DNA of 64,000 nucleotides, filler included. It is 3 parts of 3 records of this genome, joined end to end, with 100 filler letters (N's around TTAATTAATTAA, not from the genome) between each part and the next. Parts side by side here need not be neighbours in the genome. Positions count along the whole stretch, not along the records: positions 29,087 to 57,897 come from SRR20825006_1337; positions 57,998 to 64,000 come from SRR20825006_1370; 1 more part is not named here. One strand, 5' to 3'. Each line of letters starts with the position of its first letter. The stretch's first letter is position 1. The notes beneath the pieces were generated by a model. It made no database searches. It was not told the DNA's origin and saw only the letters and a list, made by a program, of their open reading frames with translations. Positions 49,401 through 60,275 of this stretch are shown here, one piece after another. Made by a program: the position numbers and the translations under genes.

Positions 49401-52400
49401 CATGGACCGACACCGCTGCAACGTGCTTGGTCATCACGACAACGCTCGCCTGTGCGTTCTTGTTCGCCTGGAAATTCCGCTTACGAATCACCACTCAGCC
49501 ATCGCTCGCGTTTCTGTCACCGAGCTCGTCGGAGCGACTTGCAATCCACTCGATGATTACAGGATTGGTGGCCGCAGCATCATTGGTCTTGCTTGGGACA
49601 GGCTGGCTGGCACCGCTGTCGAACAACCAATCACCTGATCGATTCAGCACCCTCGCGGTGGCAAGTTGGTGGGTCATCGCCTCGATCGGATTGCTTTGGT
49701 CCAAGCCAGACTCCGCACGCGAAACCAAATCCAACTCATTACTTTCCAGCGTCTTGCTTCCTGCGGCGGTTGGCATTGCCACCCCGGCAATTGCGACGCG
49801 AGTTCCTTTCGTGAACCAGCCCTTGGTGTGGGTGCAGATGTCAGTGTTTGGATCGCTTGCATGGTGGCTGCTCGAACGGTTGGTCAGCAAGGATTTAGGA
49901 TCGCTTGCCAACGCTCCATCACGCTTCATCACCGGTGCCCACCTTTCGCGGGTCTGGATCCTGGTTGTCGGCTTGGTGTGTTGCATTGTCTCAGGATCCA
50001 TCGCGTACTCGTCGACGGGAACGATGCTGCAATCTCCGTTCTCGTTGTGGACGCTGCCCATCGGTGGATTGGTGTCGCTCATCGCGGTCATGGTGGCGAT
50101 GCGATGTTACGTGACTCCCGCTCGTGATTCGTGGCCATTCGCGATCAGTCTGCTGTCCGGACACGCAACCGTTTTGGTTGTCTGGATACAGTGGATTCAT
50201 CCTGATTCGGCACTGACACTGCTGTGCAGCATCTGGCTCGTCGCATCGATCGGCTCAGCAGTCCTTCACTGGATCCGAAACATCCCATTGCACGCTTGGC
50301 ACATGACGTTGCTAACGTTCGCGATGGCGTGGGTCGGTTTGTTCGACAACGACACCGCACCATGGGCACTGTCTTCGCTCGCCGTCGTCGGCCTTGCCGT
50401 TGCGGGGATTTCATGCACACGATTTGGACGAACGATCGCAAGCGACGAAAAGTCCGAAACCGACGCCGCCCCACCACGACGCTCCTCTTGGCAAACGATC
50501 GGTTCGGTCAATTCCCTGGCCGGATGGAACTGGCGATTCGTCTTGCCTCGATTGCTGGGTTGGACCACCGTTGGAGTTGGCGGTTTTTTGCTTTGGAACA
50601 CCGCTTTGGATCCGATCGTCGCGGTGGCCAAGTTTGACCCAACCTCGATCTGGTTGGCTTGGATGGCATTGTGGGTGATCGTTTGGCGAAGCGTGAGAAA
50701 CGATCGCTCGGCTCCACTGGCCGACATCGAAACCGCTTGTGCGATGATTCCGATCGCGGCGTTGGGTTGGATCGAGTCTCACCTGGCACTGCCCCGTTCA
50801 GCCTTTGCTGGCTCCGGTTGGATTGGCGTGACCAGCGGCACGCTGACGTTGGCTTCGCTTGGATTGGTGACCGCCTCGGCATGGCTGCGTCCTCGCGGCC
50901 GCACAGTTTGGTTTGTCAGTTTGGTCCTTTCGTGCATCGCGATTAGCGAAGTGGCTCTCTGGATCGGGTCACAAGGCGGCCTGACGACCAACCTCGGTTT
51001 CGCGGTGACTCACTTGGCCGTCTCGGCCACGTTGGTGGCTTGGACGTATGGGTCATCGCTGATCGGACAAGCTCGCCTGCAGTTGGCTGGTTCTCTCGAA
51101 CGGGTGACGTTGATCTGGGTCGGCTTGAGTTCGCTGCTGGCGTGCTGGTTGTTGGTCGACCACATCAACGAACCATGGCCACGCATTTGCATCCTCACGA
51201 CGGGAGCCCTCGCGTGGGTGTTCTTCGAATTGTCGGAAAGGAACCTCGCCAGCGATCCAGCGACCACTGCCAGACGCCGTCACATCACCGTCGGCATCGT
51301 GCTTTGGTCGGTCGCGTTGATGGCCGTGCTGACTGGACTGCCTCTGAAGCACCCAGCCCTGATTGCCGTGATGCGTTTGCTGATCGCGGGTGTCTTGATG
51401 GTGGCTGTGTTGCTGCTGGCGATTCCCAAGTTGTTCAATGGTCCGTTCATGGACCGCTGGAGCGAAGCGACAACCCGCGGTGGGTTGATATCAGGCATCG
51501 TCTCCATCGGATCACTGATCATCATGCTGGCTTTGGAAACCGCGGTTCGCAAATCGGTGATTGGCATTCCTGGAATCAGCATGCCAGTTGTGATTGCGGT
51601 CGCGATCACGCTGGGCGGACTGGCGGCAATGGCGGGCGTGTTGGCGGTTTTGACCGGCCCTAATTCACGATTGCCAAACGCAATCCAAAACGTGCGACTC
51701 ACCGACTCACAACGCAAATGGTTGCTGTATGTCGCACAAGGAGTCGCAGCGACGACTTGGTTGCATCTGTTTCTCTGCCGAACCGGAATCGCGTTCTTGG
51801 GACTGCGGCAAGTCTGGCCATACGTGGTGATGGTGATCGCATTTGCCAGCGTTGGCCTGACTCAGTGGGCGATCCGTCGAGGCGACCAAGTGCTGGCCGA
51901 CGTGATGCGTCGCACCTCCATGTTCCTGCCGATGATTCCGGTCGTCGGGTTCTGGCTGAGCGGTTCGTACGCGGTGGTGACACAGTCGGAAGCTTGGTCG
52001 TGGACCTTCTTCCGAGGCACGACTTCTTATCAAGGCTTGCTGCTGGTCGGTGCGATTTATTACGGCATGATGTCGTTGCTGTGGAAGAACGGGTTGCCGC
52101 GAGTCGCGACGGTGGTGCTCGCCAACGCGGCGCTGTGGGTCACGTTGACCCAGGTGCCAGGCTGGGACTTCATCACTCACCCGCAAGCCTGGCTGATTCC
52201 GCCGGCCGTTTGCGTTTTGCTGGTCGCTCATTTGCAACGCGATCGCTTGGACGCGGCCATGGGATCGGCAATCCGATATGCGTGCACCTTGGTGATCTAT
52301 CTCAGCAGCACGGCTGACATGCTGCTATCGGAAGTCGGTCGCTCGCTGTGGGGACCGGTGATTTTGGTGCTGCTTGCACTGGCGGGGATGGCACTCGGCG

Positions 52401-52624
52401 TGATTCTGCGAGTCAAACCTTTCCTCTACTTGGGCACGATCTTTGTGTTCCTCGGCGTGACCAGCATGGTTTGGCATTCGACTCAAGCGATCGATGCCGT
52501 TTGGCCTTGGTGGGCGTTTGGAATCACAACGGGACTGCTACTGCTGACCGGGTTGGCGATGATCGAGAAACACCGACCGCGACTGAACCAATGGGCGAGC
52601 CAACTGGCGAGTTGGGAAAGTTAG
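46439..52624 (+). CDS. Very large (2061 aa) polytopic membrane protein of unknown function
   Basis: Uninterrupted 6.2-kb ORF with dozens of hydrophobic helices after a Pro/Thr-rich N-terminal linker. Confidence 0.85.
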   Translation: MMEVLFFIAIGWLIVTMVGHLTWVVFATIFRLAFAPKTLYPPPPSRVETPETQRFPTQNQQGSPASDERPSASADLAAFSRMMDALTANDQVDAGTASQLKASARDLARTSTPASVDPVVDVVPPTTTVASSPPTVDSVVPVKATATSRTELGPTPPLPIAEEAVAAEVVAAEAIYDPPAPTTPKRALSEVITSFLARNNIRWGELVAGLLVVVCSIGLVVSLWNTLTSAHRVVPSLIFMSADAAIFAAGLYTVRRWKLRHTSRAVLIIATLLVPLCVLAGMAAAGAGLDSVTLSDPATLGTIVAGLAGCGWLLLQSSRSLVGRADALPMTASVITPTLALPLLPTAARLLGPNAGLAVLAPAICVAAALLWPQRTRQKHLQSHERTNLVGGRRHWKNRWLSLGIASSAMVSVLVYAAFLLSGLENEFAVQAAWIQIAIASIPFWIAIASSCHNDSTILRQTNSLSSERGWMANSNLIATVLTLLSMGVVLAILPASLRRLDWMWMHAVVAAASWLAASIALRQPSRIIGATLPLGIAAMLSSPVWMGDINWGDLPLWRLVLGGEPMVTSLGIAALLGGIGFTLNQIAKEKSWVREFVASSWFAACTWGALAFVQALVLSVAPVTWLGQVRPVLIDVVLGLSALGCILGSFKDSRASLATPVILIAFWTSVLGLLTWPDGRLHADLTLTPWIGLAVTMSLMVAAGLAKFLLQRLSTSGERPGLLERPGFLERSSSLSRTADQSMRRHASSAGVMACLSAAALGGIALFSLSSGGFEAPGWWSASGQLWLLVGSLSGVAILLRERGWLQTSMGLSAITVATTLTAFLGVTVWHSESWLGGIATWWVAAIFASTSALWMLVRTTAPLRTWFPSNKHHSAHLNWPQMPDGLFAMLATGTIVFTVARQYAAIVAGPLEEIAQWSTNDWIAAANFAWFESAACLGLVAGTSALFVLSRSHTEDSLWSENGWQDWFLGLLGAASLYLASQLGLAWTDTAATCLVITTTLACAFLFAWKFRLRITTQPSLAFLSPSSSERLAIHSMITGLVAAASLVLLGTGWLAPLSNNQSPDRFSTLAVASWWVIASIGLLWSKPDSARETKSNSLLSSVLLPAAVGIATPAIATRVPFVNQPLVWVQMSVFGSLAWWLLERLVSKDLGSLANAPSRFITGAHLSRVWILVVGLVCCIVSGSIAYSSTGTMLQSPFSLWTLPIGGLVSLIAVMVAMRCYVTPARDSWPFAISLLSGHATVLVVWIQWIHPDSALTLLCSIWLVASIGSAVLHWIRNIPLHAWHMTLLTFAMAWVGLFDNDTAPWALSSLAVVGLAVAGISCTRFGRTIASDEKSETDAAPPRRSSWQTIGSVNSLAGWNWRFVLPRLLGWTTVGVGGFLLWNTALDPIVAVAKFDPTSIWLAWMALWVIVWRSVRNDRSAPLADIETACAMIPIAALGWIESHLALPRSAFAGSGWIGVTSGTLTLASLGLVTASAWLRPRGRTVWFVSLVLSCIAISEVALWIGSQGGLTTNLGFAVTHLAVSATLVAWTYGSSLIGQARLQLAGSLERVTLIWVGLSSLLACWLLVDHINEPWPRICILTTGALAWVFFELSERNLASDPATTARRRHITVGIVLWSVALMAVLTGLPLKHPALIAVMRLLIAGVLMVAVLLLAIPKLFNGPFMDRWSEATTRGGLISGIVSIGSLIIMLALETAVRKSVIGIPGISMPVVIAVAITLGGLAAMAGVLAVLTGPNSRLPNAIQNVRLTDSQRKWLLYVAQGVAATTWLHLFLCRTGIAFLGLRQVWPYVVMVIAFASVGLTQWAIRRGDQVLADVMRRTSMFLPMIPVVGFWLSGSYAVVTQSEAWSWTFFRGTTSYQGLLLVGAIYYGMMSLLWKNGLPRVATVVLANAALWVTLTQVPGWDFITHPQAWLIPPAVCVLLVAHLQRDRLDAAMGSAIRYACTLVIYLSSTADMLLSEVGRSLWGPVILVLLALAGMALGVILRVKPFLYLGTIFVFLGVTSMVWHSTQAIDAVWPWWAFGITTGLLLLTGLAMIEKHRPRLNQWASQLASWES

Positions 52625-52728
52625 TCCAATCAGGCAAAACAGGTCTCTCGTCTGGTGAGTCAAGTTCGCTAGACTAGCGGCGCGCTCGAACGAGTGAAAA
52701 AACCCTGCTCAAACACGGAGGATCAACG

Positions 52729-53460
52729 ATGGCAAAATCAGAACAACAAAAGCAAAAGAAGCTGGCCAAACAGAAAGCTAAAGAGCAACGCAAAAAGAAG
52801 GAGCTCGCTCGCCAGCAGCAGATGATGGCGTCGATGGCAGGCAAAATGCGAGCCGCCGCCACCGGGACAATCAAGGACTGCATGATCAGCGGTAACCTGT
52901 TGATGCAAAACCCAACCACTCCCGCGATTGGGCACGTGATGCTTTCGCGAATTGCCCCCGGCAGCCAAATCGCCACGGCGTTCTTCCTGGTGGACCTGGG
53001 CTGCATGGGCGTTAAAGACGTGGCCGGGAACTACCGCACCCTGACCGAATACAGCGACGTGATCACGGACATGCAGTCGCGTCAGATGCTGCAACCGTGC
53101 GAGCCTGAGTTCGCTCGCGGGGTGGTGGAAGCCGCGATCGCGTACGCCGAATCATGCGGTCTGCAACCGCACCCCGACTACAGCAAGTACGCGCCACTTT
53201 GGCACAACATCGAACCCGCGTCGGTGGGAGATGCAATCTCCTTTGGCATGAACGGGAAACCGACCTACATCGCGGGCCCGTACGACGACATGGGCCGGCA
53301 AACGCAGATCTACAACCGCATGCTCAACACCCTCGGCGAAGGCAACTTTGAGTTCGCAATGGCCACGTCGGGGGCCCAGAACTTCGATGACTTCGAGCTG
53401 GATGAAGAAATCGAGCTCGATGAAGAAAGCTCGATCGTGCGCCTCGATTCCGCAGAGTGA
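52729..53460 (+). CDS. Hypothetical protein with Lys-rich N-terminus and acidic C-terminus
   Basis: GGAGG RBS; globular core FLVDLGCMGVKD...A.AYA..CGL.PHPDY...FG..GKP.YIAGPYD. Confidence 0.75.
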   Translation: MAKSEQQKQKKLAKQKAKEQRKKKELARQQQMMASMAGKMRAAATGTIKDCMISGNLLMQNPTTPAIGHVMLSRIAPGSQIATAFFLVDLGCMGVKDVAGNYRTLTEYSDVITDMQSRQMLQPCEPEFARGVVEAAIAYAESCGLQPHPDYSKYAPLWHNIEPASVGDAISFGMNGKPTYIAGPYDDMGRQTQIYNRMLNTLGEGNFEFAMATSGAQNFDDFELDEEIELDEESSIVRLDSAE

Positions 53461-53578
53461 ATCTCTGATCTGATTGTCAGAACCAAACCGAACCGAACTT
53501 CAAATTCGCTGGTCGATTGATTCGCAAGCGAATGATCCGGTTTGCACCATCAGCAAACCAGACCATCGCATCGGACGA

Positions 53579-55567
53579 TCAGCGATCCAGCGCGTGCCAA
53601 CCTGACTCTTGATGCTGAGTGGCTCTTGGCGTGGCAGGCTGCTGGACTCGGGGTGCTGCAATGACTGGCGCCATGGCAGGTCGACGTGTTTGAACGCGAG
53701 CAGGGCGTTCCTGCGTCGGTTGACGGACGGGCTGACGAACAGGTTGATAGTCACCAACTGGTTCTGTCAAAGCAGCGGTCTTTGGCATCGATGGTCGACG
53801 CTCGGTCAACGAAGCTTCGCGAACTTTGTATCCCCACTGGACCGGTCCTTCGTCTTCCATCGAAGAATCCAGCCGCGATTGGGCTTGTTCGTAGGCTCCG
53901 CCACCGGTGCGTGGCGGCGGTGGCAAAGCTGGCAACAAATCCGGTGCTCGCAACTGCCCCGTTTCCGAAGTCGATGATGGCGACAGCGATGGGATCGAAC
54001 GAACCGGTGCGGTGCTCGGACGAGCAACCGGTGCAGCGGAATCCATGCCACGGTCATCGAATGCGTGCCGGTAACCTTCCGGTGCTGGGATCGGACGCAC
54101 GCGTGGTGCGGCGGATGGATCTGCGGAAACGTTTCCAGACGTCAATCGACGCAGATCTTCGCGATCGCGAAGAACCTCTTGTCGGCTTCGGCTGAGGTAG
54201 TCATCCAGCGAATTTTGTTGGCTCTCTTCGGCATCGCCCTGCTCTTCTGACTCAGGCTGATAGCGATAACTGTCGTAGACATCGTTTGGATAGTTGTCTT
54301 CGGCTTGGCTTGGTTCATCCGCCTGATTATTGGACCGAGCGGGCGGTTCAATGCTGTAACGATACTGCGTTGCCGGAGGCTGATCCGATGGCGAAGGCTG
54401 TGACTCCGATGGAGCTTCGCTTGCGTAGGGCGAACCCGTCAATGGAGAAAGCGTTTGTTGCTGAGCATCGAACGGTTGCAAGTTCGATGGAGTCGAAACC
54501 GGCGGTGCCATTGGTTGCAAGTCGCTGGTTTGTGCCACTCCGCCATAGCCACCCGGATCGATCGAACTAGGGATCGACGAAGCGGAGGGACCGCCCCAAT
54601 TTGGCTGTGCCGCGTAAGAATCGACAGGTGCCGACTGCGTATACGGCGAAGCCGCATAAGGTGATGCGCCATAGGGGCTGGTCACCGGTGCAGCCGAAGT
54701 TGCGACACCACACGAATCGACCGTGGTCATGCACGGATCAATCGTGGTTGACGGCACCATGGCGGGTTGCGATGCCAAGCCTTGAAAGGTTGTGTATGGC
54801 GTTCGTTGCAATTGCTGAACCGTCGACTCACAAGCACGCTGGACAGTAACGGTGGTCCCGGTGACGGGGTCCAAAGTCGTGGCGGGCCGGTAGTAAGTGA
54901 TCGGTGCGGTGTAATACGAACTGCGGTAGCCGGTGCCGAGCAACGAATTGAAGAATCGAGACAAACCGCTTCGGATCGGAGTCGGATAGCCGGTTGTCGC
55001 TGGATAGCCAGTTGCGGGTCGGTAAGCCGTGACAGGCTGGACACCTGCGACATTCGTCGCGTAGCTGCTGTTCGGATACACATTGCCCGTTCCCAAGAAC
55101 GGACTTCCGGTCGAGACCGCACCGCGATAGCCGGCGACGACTGGCGAGCTCACTGTCGGCAGTCCCGTGTACACCGAGGGGTTGTCCAGCGGAACAGCTC
55201 CGTAGGCAGGTCGCTGCAATGAATAAGGCTGAGACGGCGCGTAAATGCTGGCAGGATTCAGCGGCAACACCGAAGAATTGGGTGCGGCAGTCATCAGAGG
55301 TGTGTAACCGGCGGTGTAGCCCGGGTAGTTGGCCGCGTAACCCGGAGGCGGCGCAATCGCGGGAGCCCCCGTGGTGATTCCGGGTGTGGTCGTGATCGTC
55401 GTGACAGGCGCACCCGCAACCGGTGCGTAGCCGGCGACGTAAGCGGGTTGTTTGCCATACAGCCAATCCGTCAAACAACAAGCGTTGACGGAGGGCGTGG
55501 CAAACGAGCCCACAAACTGGCTCAGGACGACAAACGGGAGGACATATCGGCGATGACACCAACGCAT
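53579..55567 (-). CDS. Exported low-complexity (Pro/Tyr/Thr/Ala-rich) hypothetical protein
   Basis: Signal peptide ending in VNA-CCLTDW; YYTAPITYYRP...DPVTG core; start 55567 or 55579. Confidence 0.72.
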   Translation of the reverse strand: MRWCHRRYVLPFVVLSQFVGSFATPSVNACCLTDWLYGKQPAYVAGYAPVAGAPVTTITTTPGITTGAPAIAPPPGYAANYPGYTAGYTPLMTAAPNSSVLPLNPASIYAPSQPYSLQRPAYGAVPLDNPSVYTGLPTVSSPVVAGYRGAVSTGSPFLGTGNVYPNSSYATNVAGVQPVTAYRPATGYPATTGYPTPIRSGLSRFFNSLLGTGYRSSYYTAPITYYRPATTLDPVTGTTVTVQRACESTVQQLQRTPYTTFQGLASQPAMVPSTTIDPCMTTVDSCGVATSAAPVTSPYGASPYAASPYTQSAPVDSYAAQPNWGGPSASSIPSSIDPGGYGGVAQTSDLQPMAPPVSTPSNLQPFDAQQQTLSPLTGSPYASEAPSESQPSPSDQPPATQYRYSIEPPARSNNQADEPSQAEDNYPNDVYDSYRYQPESEEQGDAEESQQNSLDDYLSRSRQEVLRDREDLRRLTSGNVSADPSAAPRVRPIPAPEGYRHAFDDRGMDSAAPVARPSTAPVRSIPSLSPSSTSETGQLRAPDLLPALPPPPRTGGGAYEQAQSRLDSSMEDEGPVQWGYKVREASLTERRPSMPKTAALTEPVGDYQPVRQPVRQPTQERPARVQTRRPAMAPVIAAPRVQQPATPRATQHQESGWHALDR

Positions 55568-55929
55568 CGGCACAACCAATCAGGTTTGAATCATTTTGGG
55601 CGGGACGGACTGAAGCCACCGCAGATTGCGGACCGGAACAGTCACGAACACAACTCTTCGAACACCACGCAACGACGCGCAGTTGCCACAAGTGAAGGTT
55701 TTGAAAGCCAAAAGGTCAATGATTCTTGAGCTGCAGTTATTCGCTTGGCAAGCATTTCGGGCCGTCAGCTACCGGTCGAAACGATTGCATCGGTTGGGAA
55801 AGATCCTGACCGGACACGTGGAGATTTCACGCTCGCGGAATGCCCCCTGCCACGTTGGCAACCAACGCTCATCGATCGAGCCAAGCGACAATCGGCCGAC
55901 AAACCGACAATTCGCCTAACTCTTTCTGA

Positions 55930-57897
<1,968 letters not shown>

Positions 57898-57997
57898 NNN
57901 NNNNNNNNNNNNNNNNNNNNNNNNNNNNNNNNNNNNNNNNNTTAATTAATTAANNNNNNNNNNNNNNNNNNNNNNNNNNNNNNNNNNNNNNNNNNNN
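57898..57997. other. Artificial contig linker
   Basis: N44-TTAATTAATTAA-N44. Confidence 0.98.
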
Positions 57998-58825
57998 ATA
58001 GGGCATCAGCACGGTCTGGGTGACGCCACGCTCACGGCCGAGGCCGATATTGACCATGGCCCCGAGAGCCGGTGTGCTCTCAAGCGGGTCCGACGGCGCA
58101 AGAGCCGCGTCGGTCACAGCCGCCGCGCCACGCCGGATAGCCTCCGCGTCGAGCCCGACGATCATGGCCGGCAGCAAACCGTTCAGGGTCAGGCCGGAAT
58201 AACGCCCGCCAATAGCCGGATCATGATCCAGACACCGGCACCCGATCTTCTCCGCGAACTGGCGGAGCGGGCGCGGGCCCGGTTCGGTGACCGTGATGAA
58301 ATGCTGCGCCGGATCGAGTCCCGCCGCGACAAACGCATCATGGCAAATCAGGGTCTGACACAATGTCTCCGCCGTGCCGCCGGATTTGGAGATGGCGATC
58401 ACAGCCGTCTTCTCCAGCGCGATGCGCCGGAAGATCGAAGTGAAGGTCGCCGGGTCGATATTGTCGAGGAAATGCAGCTTTGGCGCATCCGGAGAGAAGG
58501 CCGTGCCCTTCTCCGCCAGCCGACAGATCGTCGCCCCGCCGAGACTGGAGCCGCCAATGCCGAGCACCAGCACGTGCCGGGCCCAGCCGCGCAGTTCCTG
58601 CGCCAGTGCCCTGCCTGCTTCCAGATCGTCCCGCCGCCAGGGCAGCGAGAGCAGCGGCAGAGCCCCGCTCTCCTTCTTCTCCCGAAGGCCTGCAAGCGAC
58701 GAGGCGGCGGCCGGAGCCAATGCCTGAAGAGCGGCAAAGGAGAGACCGGCATCGCCGAGCCGGTCCTCGGATGTCGCGGAAAAATCATGCCGGAGCGGGC
58801 CGGCCACCAAGGGACACGTTTTCAT
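57998..58825 (-). CDS. pgi: Glucose-6-phosphate isomerase, N-terminal part (3' truncated)
   Basis: LGIGGSSLG, DNIDP, ISKSGGTAET, IGGRYS. Confidence 0.9.
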
Positions 58826-58909
58826 AGTACTCGAATCTAGCAGATGCCCGGAGCCGGAACCACCATCCGAACAGGGCTGTTAAGCATATAATCGCATTTG
58901 GCCCGTGCT

Positions 58910-60268
58910 TCAGGATCTCGGTTCAGGCGCCGACGCCGTGGGCGTCACGCCCTTTGGCTGGCCAACCACGGAAAAGGTCAGCTCGTCCGCCAGAAACAGC
59001 CGCTTCGCCACCCGCTTCAAATCCGCCATCGTGACCGCATTGATCCGCTCAACCCGCCCGTCCAGATAATCGATGGGCCGCCCGTTCCGCTGCAGTGAGA
59101 CCAGCAACCCGGCAATCGGCCGGGAACTCGTCAGGCGCATCGGGAAAGAGCCGTTGAGATATGTCTTGGCGTCGCTCACTTCTTCTTCGGTCGGCCCGTT
59201 CGCCGCCATCTCCGCCCAGATCTCGCGCACAAGCCCCACCGTCTCGGCGACCTTGTCATTCCGGGTCGAGACCCCGCCCATCACCAGCTCCGTGTCTTCA
59301 AGGGGGAGCGTGTAGGCATAGATGCCGTATGTCAGGCCGCGTTTCTCACGAATTTCCTCGGTCAGGCGGGAGCCGAAACCACCGGCCATGACTTCCATCA
59401 GGATGGCGGCGGCGAACCTGTCCGGATCATCCCGCGCGATGCCGCGATGGCCGAACACGACGACCGATTGCGGCACCGGGCTCTCGACCACGAAGGTCTC
59501 CCCGATGGCTGCCGGTTTCGCCGGCACCGGCGGAATCGAAACACCCGTCTCCGGCAAAGCCCCGAAGGTCCTGTCCAGCAGGGTGCCCAGTCGCTCCGAC
59601 GTGATATCGCCGACAACGCCGATCTTCATCCCGCTCCGGGTCAGCACCCGATTGGCGAAAGCCTTCATGTCTTCCGTTGTGATCCGCCCGACACTGTCCA
59701 CAGTGCCCCGGGAGGGACGGCCATAGGGATGGTCCGGGAAAGCCGCCTGCCACCAGACCCGGCTGACGATGGTCTGCGGCCGGTTCTCGCTGCGCTTCAG
59801 CCCGGCGATGATCTGCGCCCGGATACGCTCCACCGGCTCGGCATCGAACCGCGGCTCTGTCATGGCCAGCCGCAGCAGCTCAAAGGCCGTATCGGTATTT
59901 TCGGTCAGGGTCTGCAGGCTGGCGCCGAAATTGTCCTGGCCCGCACTGAAGCCAAGACCGATCACCAGATCCTCCAGCTTGCGCCGGAAAGCATCGCTGT
60001 CATAGGACCCGGCGCCTTCATCCAGCAGGCTGGAGGTCAGCACGGCGAGACCTTCCTTGCCTTCCGGATCTGCCGCCGCACCGCCTTCAAAACTGGCGGA
60101 GAGCGTGATGATCGGGTTCTTGTGATCCTCGACCAGCCAGGCCTCGATGCCGCCGGGGCTGACCACACGCTGGATCTCGATGGCCTCCGCCATGCCCGGC
60201 CGTACCAGCAGGAGGGTGGCGAAAACCAGAAACGGGACAGAAGCCCGTGCAAATAGGGTCCGCATCAT
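58910..60268 (-). CDS. M16 family peptidase, non-catalytic subunit
   Basis: SPGGIEAWLVED, GLA...SLLDEGAG (no HXXEH), SRLTEEIREKRGLTYG. Confidence 0.9.
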   Translation of the reverse strand: MMRTLFARASVPFLVFATLLLVRPGMAEAIEIQRVVSPGGIEAWLVEDHKNPIITLSASFEGGAAADPEGKEGLAVLTSSLLDEGAGSYDSDAFRRKLEDLVIGLGFSAGQDNFGASLQTLTENTDTAFELLRLAMTEPRFDAEPVERIRAQIIAGLKRSENRPQTIVSRVWWQAAFPDHPYGRPSRGTVDSVGRITTEDMKAFANRVLTRSGMKIGVVGDITSERLGTLLDRTFGALPETGVSIPPVPAKPAAIGETFVVESPVPQSVVVFGHRGIARDDPDRFAAAILMEVMAGGFGSRLTEEIREKRGLTYGIYAYTLPLEDTELVMGGVSTRNDKVAETVGLVREIWAEMAANGPTEEEVSDAKTYLNGSFPMRLTSSRPIAGLLVSLQRNGRPIDYLDGRVERINAVTMADLKRVAKRLFLADELTFSVVGQPKGVTPTASAPEPRS

Positions 60269-60275
60269 ATTTTCC

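Noticed and set aside
47635-49638. 667-aa alternative-frame ORF inside the giant membrane gene
   Set aside because: Arg/Gly-rich composition expected from an off-frame reading of GC-rich hydrophobic codons.
55855-55885. CIRCE element upstream of groEL
   Set aside because: TTGGC...GCCAA arms do not match TTAGCACTC-N9-GAGTGCTAA in sequence or spacing.
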